Part shown: one piece after another, positions 29,532 through 39,095 of the stretch | Numbering within the stretch: position 1 is the stretch's first letter | Layout: each line of letters begins with the position of its first letter | Source: an uncultured Clostridia bacterium | GTDB taxonomy: Bacteria; Bacillota; Clostridia; TANB77; CAG-508 | DNA: 64,000 nucleotides | Reading direction: 5' to 3' | Assembly (NCBI GenBank): GCA_944391965.1 | Contig: CALXVH010000002.1 | Span: forward strand, 22,425 to 86,424 | Notes under the pieces: generated by a model | Databases searched by the model: none | Told to the model about the DNA's origin: nothing | What the model saw: the letters and a program-made list of their open reading frames with translations, nothing else | Translations under genes and position numbers: made by a program

Positions 29532-30263
29532 ATGAAATCAAATAATGATATAAAAGAATCAAAATTTAATATAAAAATACTAGGAATTTCTATTCATGAA
29601 ATTCTTTGGTACTTTATCTTATTCAGTATTGCTGGTCTTATACTTGAAACAGTATATTGTTATCAAACTACCGGAGTATTAGAAAGTAGAAAAGGTTTAA
29701 TTTACGGACCATTTTGCCCTATTTATGGTGTTGGCGCTGTTTTTTTAATAGTTTTATTAAATAATTATAAAAACAATCCAATAAAATTATTTTTATATGG
29801 AATATTATTAGGTAGTATCTTAGAATATGTCTTAAGTTTTGCTTTAGAAGCATTATATGGCACAAGATTCTGGGAATATTCTTATTTAAGATTCAATTTA
29901 AATGGTAGAATTTCTCTTGTTTATTCTTTATTTTGGGGAATTTTAGCTATTTTCTTAATAAGATGGCTTAAACCATTAGTAGATAAAATAATTGACAAAT
30001 TAACAAATAAACTAACTTTAACTGTAGAAATTGTTGTTGTTACTTTTCTAGTATTTGATTTATTTGCAACAGTATATTCAATTTCTATATATAAAACAAA
30101 AGCTATAAATAAATATTATAATTTACCACCTAAGCCTTATGGTAAAATAGAAACATTCATAAAAAATAAACTATTTCCTGATAGCTATATGAAAAGGAGC
30201 TTTCCAAATCTTCGTTTTATAGATAGCAATGGGAATGAAGTTTATATAAGAGATATTTTATAA
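29532..30263 (+). CDS. Polytopic membrane protein of the putative ABC-transporter type IV (PF06541-like) family
   Basis: Six TM helices. LETVYCYQTTGVLESRKGLIYGPFCPIYGVGAV is the hallmark I recall for this family. Confidence 0.5.
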   Translation: MKSNNDIKESKFNIKILGISIHEILWYFILFSIAGLILETVYCYQTTGVLESRKGLIYGPFCPIYGVGAVFLIVLLNNYKNNPIKLFLYGILLGSILEYVLSFALEALYGTRFWEYSYLRFNLNGRISLVYSLFWGILAIFLIRWLKPLVDKIIDKLTNKLTLTVEIVVVTFLVFDLFATVYSISIYKTKAINKYYNLPPKPYGKIETFIKNKLFPDSYMKRSFPNLRFIDSNGNEVYIRDIL

Positions 30264-30320
30264 CTTGAAAAAGTAGCCTTAACAGCTACTTTTTTTATAC
30301 TCAATTTATTAAAACAAAAA

Positions 30321-30370
30321 GGGATTTAAGGAACGTCCCTAAATCCCCCCAAAGGGACTTCCTAAATCCC
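30321..30370. repeat. Palindromic intergenic repeat, copy 5 (full unit plus a partial unit)
   Basis: gggatttaaggaacgtccctaaatccc followed by cccaaagggacttcctaaatccc. Confidence 0.65.
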
Positions 30371-30376
30371 TAAATT

Positions 30377-30667
30377 TTATTTTGGTAAAATGATTTTTGT
30401 TTTTTCTTTATTTCTTTTATATAGTGTTATTTTGTTTCCCATTATTTGCACAATTATTGAGTCAGTTTGTAACGAAATTTCTTCTGCAATATCTTTTATT
30501 GGTGCTTCAACATTTTCTAATACTTTTATTTTTATTAGCTCTCTTGCCTTTAATGCATCTTTTATTTGTTTTATTAAATTATCACTTATTCCAAGCTTTC
30601 CCACCTGGAAAATTGGTTCTATATGATTTGATAAACTTCTTAAGTAAGCACGTTGTTTACTTGTCAT
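30377..30667 (-). CDS. yhbY: YhbY/CRS1-family RNA-binding protein
   Basis: 96 aa, reading SKQRAYLRSLSNHIEPIFQVGKLGISDNLIKQIKDALKARELIKIKV. Confidence 0.8.
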   Translation of the reverse strand: MTSKQRAYLRSLSNHIEPIFQVGKLGISDNLIKQIKDALKARELIKIKVLENVEAPIKDIAEEISLQTDSIIVQIMGNKITLYKRNKEKTKIILPK

Positions 30668-30737
30668 AGTATTACTCTCCTTTATAAATCTATGTATATA
30701 TTTTAATATATTCTTATATTTTTATCAATATTTTAAG

Positions 30738-31412
30738 TTATTTTACACAAATTTTTTCTTTCATATTTTCAAATTTGCTGTCACCTATTCCGCTTACATT
30801 TTTTATATCTTCAATAGTCTTAAATTTTCCATTAAGTTTTCTATATTCTATTATCTTCTGTGCTGTTGCCTCACCTACACCAGGTATTTCTTCTAAATCA
30901 CTTTGATCTGCAGTATTTATATTTATCTTTTCATTTTCCTTGCTTTTTATATTTGATGTCTCATCTTCTATTATTATATCATCCCCTGCTTCATCTGTTA
31001 CATATTCCTTTTGGAGTACCTTTTCTTCTCCGTTTACTTTTTCATCATTAATCCTTGGAATATATATTTTTTGCCCATCTTCTAATTGATATGCTAAATT
31101 AATTTGAGAAATATCAGCATTTTCGGAAAATCCATTTGCCGCTTCTACTGCATCCGCAATTCTACTACCTTCTTTTATTTCTACAACTCCTTCATTCTTT
31201 ACTGCTCCTGTAACATGTATATATATTTTTGAAATATCTTCTTGTTCTTGCTCGATATTTGTCTCATTCTGTAACATATTATAATTATCTAGCTCTGTAT
31301 ATTCATTTTCTAGATTGCTACGCGTATAAAAAAAGACGCATAAAAAGATACTAATTATTATAGAAATAATTACAATTATTACTTTATTATCCTTTAAATT
31401 AAACTCGTTCAT
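30738..31412 (-). CDS. comEA: ComEA-family DNA-binding competence protein
   Basis: N-terminal TM helix, SLBB-like IYIHVTGAVKNEGVVEIKEGSRIADAV, and a C-terminal double helix-hairpin-helix (INTADQSDLEEIPGVGEATAQKI...VSGIGDSKF). Confidence 0.8.
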   Translation of the reverse strand: MNEFNLKDNKVIIVIISIIISIFLCVFFYTRSNLENEYTELDNYNMLQNETNIEQEQEDISKIYIHVTGAVKNEGVVEIKEGSRIADAVEAANGFSENADISQINLAYQLEDGQKIYIPRINDEKVNGEEKVLQKEYVTDEAGDDIIIEDETSNIKSKENEKININTADQSDLEEIPGVGEATAQKIIEYRKLNGKFKTIEDIKNVSGIGDSKFENMKEKICVK

Positions 31413-31509
31413 TTAACCTCCTATTCTATTTTACTAATTCGATAAAAAAAGATTGAAATTTGTCGAAATATAATATATTATATATATATTCTTATAAAGG
31501 AGTAAAAAT

Positions 31510-32784
31510 ATGAAATTCAAAAAATTTATTTTATGCTTAATGGCTTGTATTTTAGGTTTATCAATACTACTACCCGTAAGAACTTTTGCAGATAACAACA
31601 ACCTAAATATTAATGCAGAATCTGCAATCTTAATTGATGGAGATACAGGAAAAGTCTTATATGAAAAATCAGCAAATGAAAAGCGCGAACCCGCAAGTAC
31701 AACAAAAATCATGACAGCATTACTAACATTAGAAAATTGCGATTTAAATGATATTGCAACTGTAACATCAGATGCTATAACTACTGTTCCATCAGGATAT
31801 TCTACAGATTTATTAAAAATGGGAGAAGAATTAACTATAAAAGATTTATTATATGCCTTATTACTACCTTCTTCTAATGAAGCAGCTAATGTTTTGGCTA
31901 TACATATAGCTGGAAGTATAGATAGCTTTGCATCTATGATGAACACTCGAGCAATAGAATTAGGTTGTAAAAATACCCACTTTGTAAATCCAAATGGAGT
32001 TCATGATGATAACCACTATACAACTGCTTATGATTTGTCAGTTATTGCAAGGGAAGCAATGAAGAATGATACATTCAGACAAATAGTATCTACTGCATCA
32101 TATACTTTACCTAGTTCAAATAAATATTCTAGAATAGATAGAACTCTTATAACAACAAATGATTTAATTAAAAAACAAAGTGAAAACTATTATGAATATG
32201 CAGCAGGAATTAAAACAGGATTTACTACACCTGCGGGAAATTGTTTAGTATCTTCTGCAACAAAAGATGATAAAAACTTAATTGCTGTTGTACTAAAATC
32301 TCGTACAGATAATGACAGATATAATGATGCCAAAACTTTATTTAATTACGGATTTGATAACTTTTCTAAAAAAGATATTATAAAAACAGGTGACATTGTA
32401 AGAACAATAGATGTAAAAAATGCAACTTCTGCTACAAAGAATCTAAATTTGGTTGCTGAAACAGGTGTTAATACAATTGTTACTAATGATAAACTTAATG
32501 ATACTATAGAGCCAGAAATAACTTTAAATGAAAATTTACAAGCACCAATAAAAAAAGATACAATAGTTGGTACAGCAACATATACTATAGATAATATTCA
32601 ATATACTATTAATTTAAAAGCTGGAAACGATGTAAAGAAATCTTATGTTTTATATATAGTAATTGCAATAGCTATTATTGCTTTAATACTAATACTATTT
32701 GAAAAACCAAATAAAAAGAAGAAACAAAAAGGTAGAAGAAAAAAATCAGCAGTTAGACCAACAGGATATTATAAAGCAAGGTAA
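31510..32784 (+). CDS. dacB: D-alanyl-D-alanine carboxypeptidase (low-molecular-weight PBP, S11 family)
   Basis: Signal peptide, SxxK (ASTTK), SxN (SSNEA), KTG (KTGFT), and a C-terminal TM anchor with a basic tail. Confidence 0.8.
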   Translation: MKFKKFILCLMACILGLSILLPVRTFADNNNLNINAESAILIDGDTGKVLYEKSANEKREPASTTKIMTALLTLENCDLNDIATVTSDAITTVPSGYSTDLLKMGEELTIKDLLYALLLPSSNEAANVLAIHIAGSIDSFASMMNTRAIELGCKNTHFVNPNGVHDDNHYTTAYDLSVIAREAMKNDTFRQIVSTASYTLPSSNKYSRIDRTLITTNDLIKKQSENYYEYAAGIKTGFTTPAGNCLVSSATKDDKNLIAVVLKSRTDNDRYNDAKTLFNYGFDNFSKKDIIKTGDIVRTIDVKNATSATKNLNLVAETGVNTIVTNDKLNDTIEPEITLNENLQAPIKKDTIVGTATYTIDNIQYTINLKAGNDVKKSYVLYIVIAIAIIALILILFEKPNKKKKQKGRRKKSAVRPTGYYKAR

Positions 32785-32817
32785 TTAAATACCTTGCTTT
32801 TCTTTTGTATTAAATAT

Positions 32818-33141
32818 TTAATTTAATTTTTCCCATAAATCTTCTAATTTATAATGTTCTCTATCTGCCTCTGTAAATATATTAACAATTACATCTAAAT
32901 AATCCATTAATATCCAAGAATTTGAGTTATAACCTTCTACTTTATGTGGAAGAATATTTTCTTTTTTTAGTTCTTCCTCTACATTATCTGCCAATGCTTT
33001 TATATGTGTTGTAGATGTTCCACTTGCTACAACCATGTAGTCTGCTAAAGAACTCTTTTCTTTTATATCTATAGTTTTTACATCTATAGCTTTCTTTTCG
33101 TCCAATATTTTTACTATTTTATTTAATAATTCGTTTTCCAT
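32818..33141 (-). CDS. rsfS: Ribosome silencing factor RsfS
   Basis: 107 aa. SLADYMVVASGTSTTHIKALADNVEEELKK and WILMDYLDVIVNIF are typical of RsfS/iojap proteins. Confidence 0.85.
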   Translation of the reverse strand: MENELLNKIVKILDEKKAIDVKTIDIKEKSSLADYMVVASGTSTTHIKALADNVEEELKKENILPHKVEGYNSNSWILMDYLDVIVNIFTEADREHYKLEDLWEKLN

Positions 33142-33149
33142 ACTTCCTC

Positions 33150-34505
33150 CTAATAATCTTGTCCTATAGTTATAGTAAAATCTACATCTTCTGTATCTTT
33201 ACCTGTTTCTGTCTTTGCTGTTTCCTTTATTACATTTTTCACTTCTGTAACTTTTTCACTTGTTTGTTTTGTTCTATTAGTTATTTTGGTTTGTTTAACT
33301 TTTGATTCTGTATTTCCTACTTTTAAAATATTATAACCCTTTTCTTTATATTTATTTACAACTTCTTCTAGATTATTAAAATCGCTTGTTCCATTTAAAA
33401 TTTGAAGTGTTGGCATCTCATTTGTTATTTCTTCTTCTGTAGGACAATCGAAGAAATATTGTGCAATCATAGCTTGTGCCTCATCATCATCTGTTAAATA
33501 TAGCCATACACCGTTCATTTCTTTTGGTTCACCTGGTAATGTTGCTGTTTTTAAATTATCTGTAGAAAACTCTACTGCATATGGAATATAATCTTTTAAA
33601 GTATCTAATGGTATATTAGTTTCTATATTGTTATTAGCTATGTCTATTAATTCACCAATTTTTGATATATTACTTAATTTTAAAGTTTGTTTTAATAATG
33701 CTGATATAAAATCTCTTTGAGTTCTCATTCTTCCTGTATCTTGAGTTCCATAAGATGAAGGATATGTAGTACCATCATTGTTATGTCTAAATCTTAAAAC
33801 TTGTTCTGCTTGATCACCATTTAGCTTTTGTAATCCTTCTTTTAAATTGATGTGTAAATCTTGGCTAGTATCATCATATTTCATATCCATTGGTACATAG
33901 AATTCTACTCCGCCTATTGCATCAACTAATTCTCTTAATCCTTTTGTATCTATTGCAACATAATATTTTAGATTTAATCCTGTTAATTCATTTACTTCTT
34001 TTAAGATTTTTTCAGAATTTTTACCTTGATATACAGAATTTATCTTATCATATGCTGTAGCACGTTTTGGATTATCTCCAATAAAAGTATCTCTTTGAAT
34101 AGATACTAAAGATGCTTTTTGTGAATTAGGATCATACTTTCCAATCATTATTGTATCTGTTAAATTTAAGCTTTCTCCTAATATTAAGAACTCTATATCT
34201 GTCATATTCTTTCTTGCTTCCTCTGTTTGTCCAACCAATGTAGCAAGTAGTCCCTTTAGACCACCACCATTTATTACAACTTTACTTGTAAATACTCCTG
34301 CTAAAATAATTAATATTACTACTATGAATAGCATCACTCTTTTTGCAACTACATGTTTCTTTTTTCTTTGTTTATTTGTCACTTTTCCTCTGCTATTTAC
34401 ATTGTTTCTATTTTTATTTACCGTTCTTTTTTTAGTATTAGTTACTTTTTTTCTATTTATATTCCCATCATTATTTTTCATATGTTTACTTGCCAATTTT
34501 TTCAC
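33150..34505 (-). CDS. LytR-CpsA-Psr (LCP) family protein
   Basis: Basic N-terminus plus a TM helix. The LCP core reads FLILGESLNLTDTIMIGKYDP...SLVSIQRDTFI ... LRFRHNNDG. Confidence 0.8.
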   Translation of the reverse strand: MKKLASKHMKNNDGNINRKKVTNTKKRTVNKNRNNVNSRGKVTNKQRKKKHVVAKRVMLFIVVILIILAGVFTSKVVINGGGLKGLLATLVGQTEEARKNMTDIEFLILGESLNLTDTIMIGKYDPNSQKASLVSIQRDTFIGDNPKRATAYDKINSVYQGKNSEKILKEVNELTGLNLKYYVAIDTKGLRELVDAIGGVEFYVPMDMKYDDTSQDLHINLKEGLQKLNGDQAEQVLRFRHNNDGTTYPSSYGTQDTGRMRTQRDFISALLKQTLKLSNISKIGELIDIANNNIETNIPLDTLKDYIPYAVEFSTDNLKTATLPGEPKEMNGVWLYLTDDDEAQAMIAQYFFDCPTEEEITNEMPTLQILNGTSDFNNLEEVVNKYKEKGYNILKVGNTESKVKQTKITNRTKQTSEKVTEVKNVIKETAKTETGKDTEDVDFTITIGQDY

Positions 34506-34579
34506 TCCTATTATAAGTATGATTTATAGTATAGCAAAAAAAATATTAAACTTCAAGAATTTCCTTGAAGTTTAATATT

Positions 34580-35203
34580 TTAAAACAATAATATTAATAA
34601 TAAGTTATTATTATATAAAATTGATGTTATATATGATGATTTAATTGCTAATTGTAATTCTTGTATATCTACAAATGATAATATTGCAAGAACTATATAA
34701 ATAATCAATAATCCTTCTATAATTCCATAAATAAATCCGCCTAATTTATCTATCTGTTTTATAATTGGCAATGATGCAATTGCCCCAAATATAAATTTTA
34801 AGAAGAACATTATAATATTTATAATTACAAATAATACCACTATAACTATTAAATTAATAATAACTTCTGCCATGCTTTTAGCAATCACATTATTTGTATT
34901 TTCTTTAACAGTATCTATTTGTTTATTTATAGATTCTAATATAATATTTGGTTCTGTACTTGTTTCTTCTGAATTTTCGTCTTTCGAATTTAAAGAATTT
35001 TCTATCGTACTTGTTAAGTTATTATATATATCTGTATGATTTATAATTATTGCTGATACTGGTTTGAATAAGATTAATGAAAGTACCAATGATATTACTA
35101 TAGAAAGTAGCCTAACAATTACTCCAGTTAACCCTCTTTTTACTCCAAAGAAGATACAAATTGCTAATATTAAAATAACTATAATATCTGCTATAATATT
35201 CAT
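34580..35203 (-). CDS. cvpA: CvpA-family membrane protein
   Basis: N-terminus IIADIIVILILAICIFFGVKRGLTGVIVRLLS and four TM helices. Confidence 0.7.
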   Translation of the reverse strand: MNIIADIIVILILAICIFFGVKRGLTGVIVRLLSIVISLVLSLILFKPVSAIIINHTDIYNNLTSTIENSLNSKDENSEETSTEPNIILESINKQIDTVKENTNNVIAKSMAEVIINLIVIVVLFVIINIIMFFLKFIFGAIASLPIIKQIDKLGGFIYGIIEGLLIIYIVLAILSFVDIQELQLAIKSSYITSILYNNNLLLILLF

Positions 35204-35212
35204 TCTATCCCC

Positions 35213-36406
35213 CTATAAATTAATAATTTCTATTTTATCTGAATAAACAATACCTGCGATATTTTCGCCTAATAAAATATCGTTTATTTCTGTGGATGAG
35301 TTATATTTCTTTATTAACCAACCATTTGTATTAATGAAATCTACTTCTGTTCCTAAATTTACCGCTATTACATTTTCTAAAGCCTTTATACTAGTAGCTG
35401 CTCCATCAATATTATAAACATTGTTTTTATTATTAGTTATATTGGTTATTTCTACATCTATATTTGCAAATAATCCTGATGATTTTTCTGTTATACAAAC
35501 AACATTATCTTTTAAGTTAATATCTGCAAAAGTATTTTTTGTATTTGATATATCTAAAATCTTCTTATCTGAATTATTTTCTATAATATGTATAGAATCA
35601 TCATACATACAAATTAATTTATTATTATCTTGATATTTTAAATCTACTATTATTTCCTTTGATTCTGCAGGATAAATATATTCTATAGAATTTGATGGAT
35701 CTGTTTGTGCTTTTTCTATTGATATTATTTTTACATTTGACTGTATAAAGCTACCTGATGCATCTACTTCGCCATATGCTAAATATTTATTATCATTTGA
35801 TATCTCTACATCTGTCGCAGTTGTTTGTGATAAAAAAGTTCTAAAAAGTTCTGTTCCTTCTGGATTATATGTTACTATAACATTTTTATGGCTTGTTCCT
35901 GTAATTATAATTGATACATAACCATTTTTATTCACATAAATATGTTCTATATTTCCTTCAATATCTTTTTTCCATAAAATATCTGTTCCTGATATAAGTT
36001 CTAATTTTGAGCCTTCATTCTCTGCCATGGCTAAAAATCTATTAGCTGTATCATATATACAACTACTTATCTCTACTTCTAATTCTTTTTCCTTATTTCC
36101 ATTTGTTGTGTATATATTCAAAATACTTTTATTTAATATTCCAATATAATTGTTATATGCTATAAGATTATTACTTTCTATTTGTGATGGCAATTCTATT
36201 GTTGGCCCATTGTTTTCTTCTATATTTTTTCTAAAAATATATTTATCTACATTATCTCGAAAAGTTCTATTCATCATGTATATTGCTGTAAGTATTGCCA
36301 TTACAATTAAAATAACTATTATAGTAACTATTATAATAACTTTTTTCCTATTTAATTTGCCTTTATTCTTTGTCTTCTTATACTTATTAAAGCTAATTAA
36401 TTGCAT
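35213..36406 (-). CDS. Hypothetical membrane-anchored protein
   Basis: 397 aa with a basic N-terminus, one TM helix and a beta-rich extracytoplasmic part. No motif recognised. Confidence 0.5.
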   Translation of the reverse strand: MQLISFNKYKKTKNKGKLNRKKVIIIVTIIVILIVMAILTAIYMMNRTFRDNVDKYIFRKNIEENNGPTIELPSQIESNNLIAYNNYIGILNKSILNIYTTNGNKEKELEVEISSCIYDTANRFLAMAENEGSKLELISGTDILWKKDIEGNIEHIYVNKNGYVSIIITGTSHKNVIVTYNPEGTELFRTFLSQTTATDVEISNDNKYLAYGEVDASGSFIQSNVKIISIEKAQTDPSNSIEYIYPAESKEIIVDLKYQDNNKLICMYDDSIHIIENNSDKKILDISNTKNTFADINLKDNVVCITEKSSGLFANIDVEITNITNNKNNVYNIDGAATSIKALENVIAVNLGTEVDFINTNGWLIKKYNSSTEINDILLGENIAGIVYSDKIEIINL

Positions 36407-36767
36407 TATTTTCTCCTTTGATTTTTTCCCATTCTTTTTCTTTAAAACCTTTTAATATAAAATTCTCTGATATAAATAATGGTCTTTTTATTAACATTCC
36501 ATCTGAGGCTAATAGTTCATATATCTCATCTTCTGACATATCTTTTATTTTTTCTTTTATATTAAGTTCTCTATATTTTATACCACTTGTATTAAAAAAT
36601 TTTCTTACATCAATTTCTGATTTAGCTATCCATTCTTTAAGTTCTTCTTTTGATGGTGTTTCTGTTATAATATTTCTATCTATATAATCTATTTTGTTTT
36701 CATCTAGCCATTTTTTAGCTTTTTGACAAGTTGAGCATTTTGGATATTCTATAAATAAGTTTTTCAT
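36393..36767 (-). CDS. ArsC/Spx-family (YffB-like) thioredoxin-fold protein
   Basis: 124 aa with N-terminal YPKCSTCQKAKKWLDENKIDY and LIKRPLF. Confidence 0.75.
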   Translation of the reverse strand: MKNLFIEYPKCSTCQKAKKWLDENKIDYIDRNIITETPSKEELKEWIAKSEIDVRKFFNTSGIKYRELNIKEKIKDMSEDEIYELLASDGMLIKRPLFISENFILKGFKEKEWEKIKGENNAIN

Positions 36768-36857
36768 ATTCCTTCTCCACCTTTATTTTTTGTATTTAAA
36801 TATTATCATAAAACGTGGAAAATATAAATATATTTATTAATTTTTTTAAATAGTAAT

Positions 36858-36883
36858 TTAGAGACGTTCCTTTTTCCCTATTC
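36858..36883. repeat. Truncated copy of the palindromic intergenic repeat (copy 6)
   Basis: tttagagacgttcctttttccctatt matches the right half of copy 3 (tttgaggacgttccttttttccctatt). Confidence 0.5.
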
Positions 36884-36910
36884 AATTTTTATTTTTTGCA
36901 TACAAGACAT

Positions 36911-36948
36911 AAAAAATTGTCTAATACCTGTAAAAGGCTATTAGACAA
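36911..36948 (-). terminator. Rho-independent terminator after the ABC transporter operon
   Basis: 10-bp stem ttgtctaata/tattagacaa followed by T6 on the minus strand. Confidence 0.65.
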
Positions 36949-36958
36949 CTTTTAAATA

Positions 36959-38422
36959 TTATCTTTTTCTTCTTCTAATTTGCCATATAATTATACCCAC
37001 GATAATTATTACAAATGGCAATATAAATATTATACTTCTTATTATTAAATCTTGCTTTTGTGTTGCTGTGTAAGATACATATTCAGTTTTCTTTCTAATT
37101 GTGACTGCTGGATCCCTATCTGCTAAATATGATACTGTATTTAATAATATATCTGAATTACTTCTAAAATTAATTGCATCTATTGATTGGGTTGAACTTG
37201 TTGTTGTCATAGTTATAGGTGTATCAGAAACAAAGAAATTATTACTAAAAATTATTAATTTTGATTCTTTGTCTTCTCCTAAAGATTTAGTTAGTTCTTC
37301 TCCTATAGGAAATGAACCTGTTTCTTCTCCTTCTTGCATTGCAGTTGCTGTTATTGATTGATCTGTTCTATAATAAGAATCTTCTGAAGATTGAATAATT
37401 GGTTCTGCGGTAACACCTAAACTCTCTAATTCTTCATCACTCTTAAACTCTAGCCTTGTTGCATTAAATAAAATTATATATCCATCAGATATATCTTCTG
37501 TTACTTTATGAGTTGATAAACTTGGCAAAATGAAATTTGGTGTACCTGGTAACATTCTATCAGAATCAGTTTCTCTTATAACTCCTGTTCCAACACTTAC
37601 ACCATACATATCTAGAATACTTTGAACATTTGGTAAATCTGATGTTTTAACATTACTAAACCATAATATATTTCCACCATTATTTATATAATTACTTATT
37701 TTATCAGTTTCTATTTCTGTAAAATCTTCGGTTGGTGTTGTAATAATTAGAACATCACTATCATCTGGTATATCACTTGTTAATAAATCCAAATCATCAG
37801 AATCTATAATATCATTTTTTAAATATTGCTTTGCAAGTTGCATATTTTCTGCCATTTCGCCATGTCCCGTAATGAAATATGCTTTTGGTTTATCTTCTGA
37901 AGTTGTATCTACTATGGCATTAGTTACTTTTTCCTCTGTTAAATCAGTTGTTTCTCCTGTTGTATAATTATAACTACTTAACTCATAAGCAGATATTTTT
38001 TTCGATCTTTCTGGTGATTGTACAACTATTGCAGATTCACTACTTGATACATTATATTTATCTAATAAATCTGTTCTTTGCGTAGCATCTACAACTTCTA
38101 CTTTAATATTAGAATTTATTGCACTATATTGTTTAGCAAAATCTAGTATTGCTGTATTTTCATCCGCTCCAAAAAAGTATATTGTTACTTCTTGATCTAT
38201 ATCTTTTATTATGTTCTTACTTTCTTCTGATACAGAATATAATTTTTCTTCTGTAAAATCTAATGTTGGTAAATTTAATTTTTCTGCTAATATATTTATA
38301 GCTATATATACTACAATTAATAGTGCTATTAATAAAACAACTCTAGTTGTATCAGCTATCCATTTTTTCTTTATTATCTCGAAAAATTTTCTCACTGTAA
38401 TTCTCCTTTCTCTATTTAACAC
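36959..38422 (-). CDS. GldG-like ABC-transporter auxiliary protein
   Basis: 487 aa with N- and C-terminal TM helices around a large extracytoplasmic domain. It overlaps the permease gene upstream, giving the classic GldA/F/G-type gene order. Confidence 0.6.
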   Translation of the reverse strand: MLNRERRITVRKFFEIIKKKWIADTTRVVLLIALLIVVYIAINILAEKLNLPTLDFTEEKLYSVSEESKNIIKDIDQEVTIYFFGADENTAILDFAKQYSAINSNIKVEVVDATQRTDLLDKYNVSSSESAIVVQSPERSKKISAYELSSYNYTTGETTDLTEEKVTNAIVDTTSEDKPKAYFITGHGEMAENMQLAKQYLKNDIIDSDDLDLLTSDIPDDSDVLIITTPTEDFTEIETDKISNYINNGGNILWFSNVKTSDLPNVQSILDMYGVSVGTGVIRETDSDRMLPGTPNFILPSLSTHKVTEDISDGYIILFNATRLEFKSDEELESLGVTAEPIIQSSEDSYYRTDQSITATAMQEGEETGSFPIGEELTKSLGEDKESKLIIFSNNFFVSDTPITMTTTSSTQSIDAINFRSNSDILLNTVSYLADRDPAVTIRKKTEYVSYTATQKQDLIIRSIIFILPFVIIIVGIIIWQIRRRKR

Positions 38423-39095
38423 TTTTTCTTCTTTGTATAACTATAATTGTTAATAATATAAATAATACTGTATAAGAAAGAAATGCTACTACTTCTGTAC
38501 AAGCTATTTGACCATTTCCGAATCTGTTAAACATATTCATTAGTCCTAATGGCTCTAAGCTTGAGCTAAGATAAGGAGTTCCTATCCATGTTACTACATA
38601 AAATGCTATTGATATTATAGCGGCTATGACTTGGTTTTCTGTTAGGCTTGAAGCAAACATTCCAAATGATATTAATGCAGCTCCTAATAATATGAATCCA
38701 AAAACAGTTACAAGTGATGTTTTTATGTTTGGTTCTCCTAAAAACATTAATATTACATAATATATTAATGTTAATAATATCGCAATTAAAAGAACTATTA
38801 ATGCTGCAAAAAATTTTCCTAAAACAATACTTGTTACACTTCTTGGTGCTGTTAATAACAATTGCTCTGTCCCGTCTTTTCTTTCTTCTGAAAATGTTCT
38901 CATTGTTAATAATGGTACTATCATTATTAATATTGTAGATAATGAATAGAACATAGAGCTAAACATTGTTGATCCTGTAACTAATATATCCGCATAGAAA
39001 AACATACTTGCCATAAATAAAAATAGCCCTATAAATACATATCCTATTGGAGATAAGAAATATGTTCTAACTTCTTTTTTTATTATTGCCCACAT
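38412..39095 (-). CDS. ABC-2 type transporter permease (GldF-like)
   Basis: 227 aa with six TM helices. It is start/stop coupled to both the ATPase and the GldG-like gene. Confidence 0.7.
   Translation of the reverse strand: MWAIIKKEVRTYFLSPIGYVFIGLFLFMASMFFYADILVTGSTMFSSMFYSLSTILIMIVPLLTMRTFSEERKDGTEQLLLTAPRSVTSIVLGKFFAALIVLLIAILLTLIYYVILMFLGEPNIKTSLVTVFGFILLGAALISFGMFASSLTENQVIAAIISIAFYVVTWIGTPYLSSSLEPLGLMNMFNRFGNGQIACTEVVAFLSYTVLFILLTIIVIQRRKSVK

Noticed and set aside
31434-31946. 170 aa minus-strand ORF overlapping the start of the carboxypeptidase gene.
   Set aside because: It is antisense to a well-supported gene (SxxK/SxN/KTG motifs plus a strong RBS), it spans that gene's promoter region, and it has no motifs of its own.
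918-36883. The dispersed palindromic repeats as a CRISPR array or as transcription-factor operators.
   Set aside because: The copies are kilobases apart rather than arrayed with spacers. They lie mostly at the 3' ends of genes in both orientations, which fits REP/MITE-like elements better than operators.
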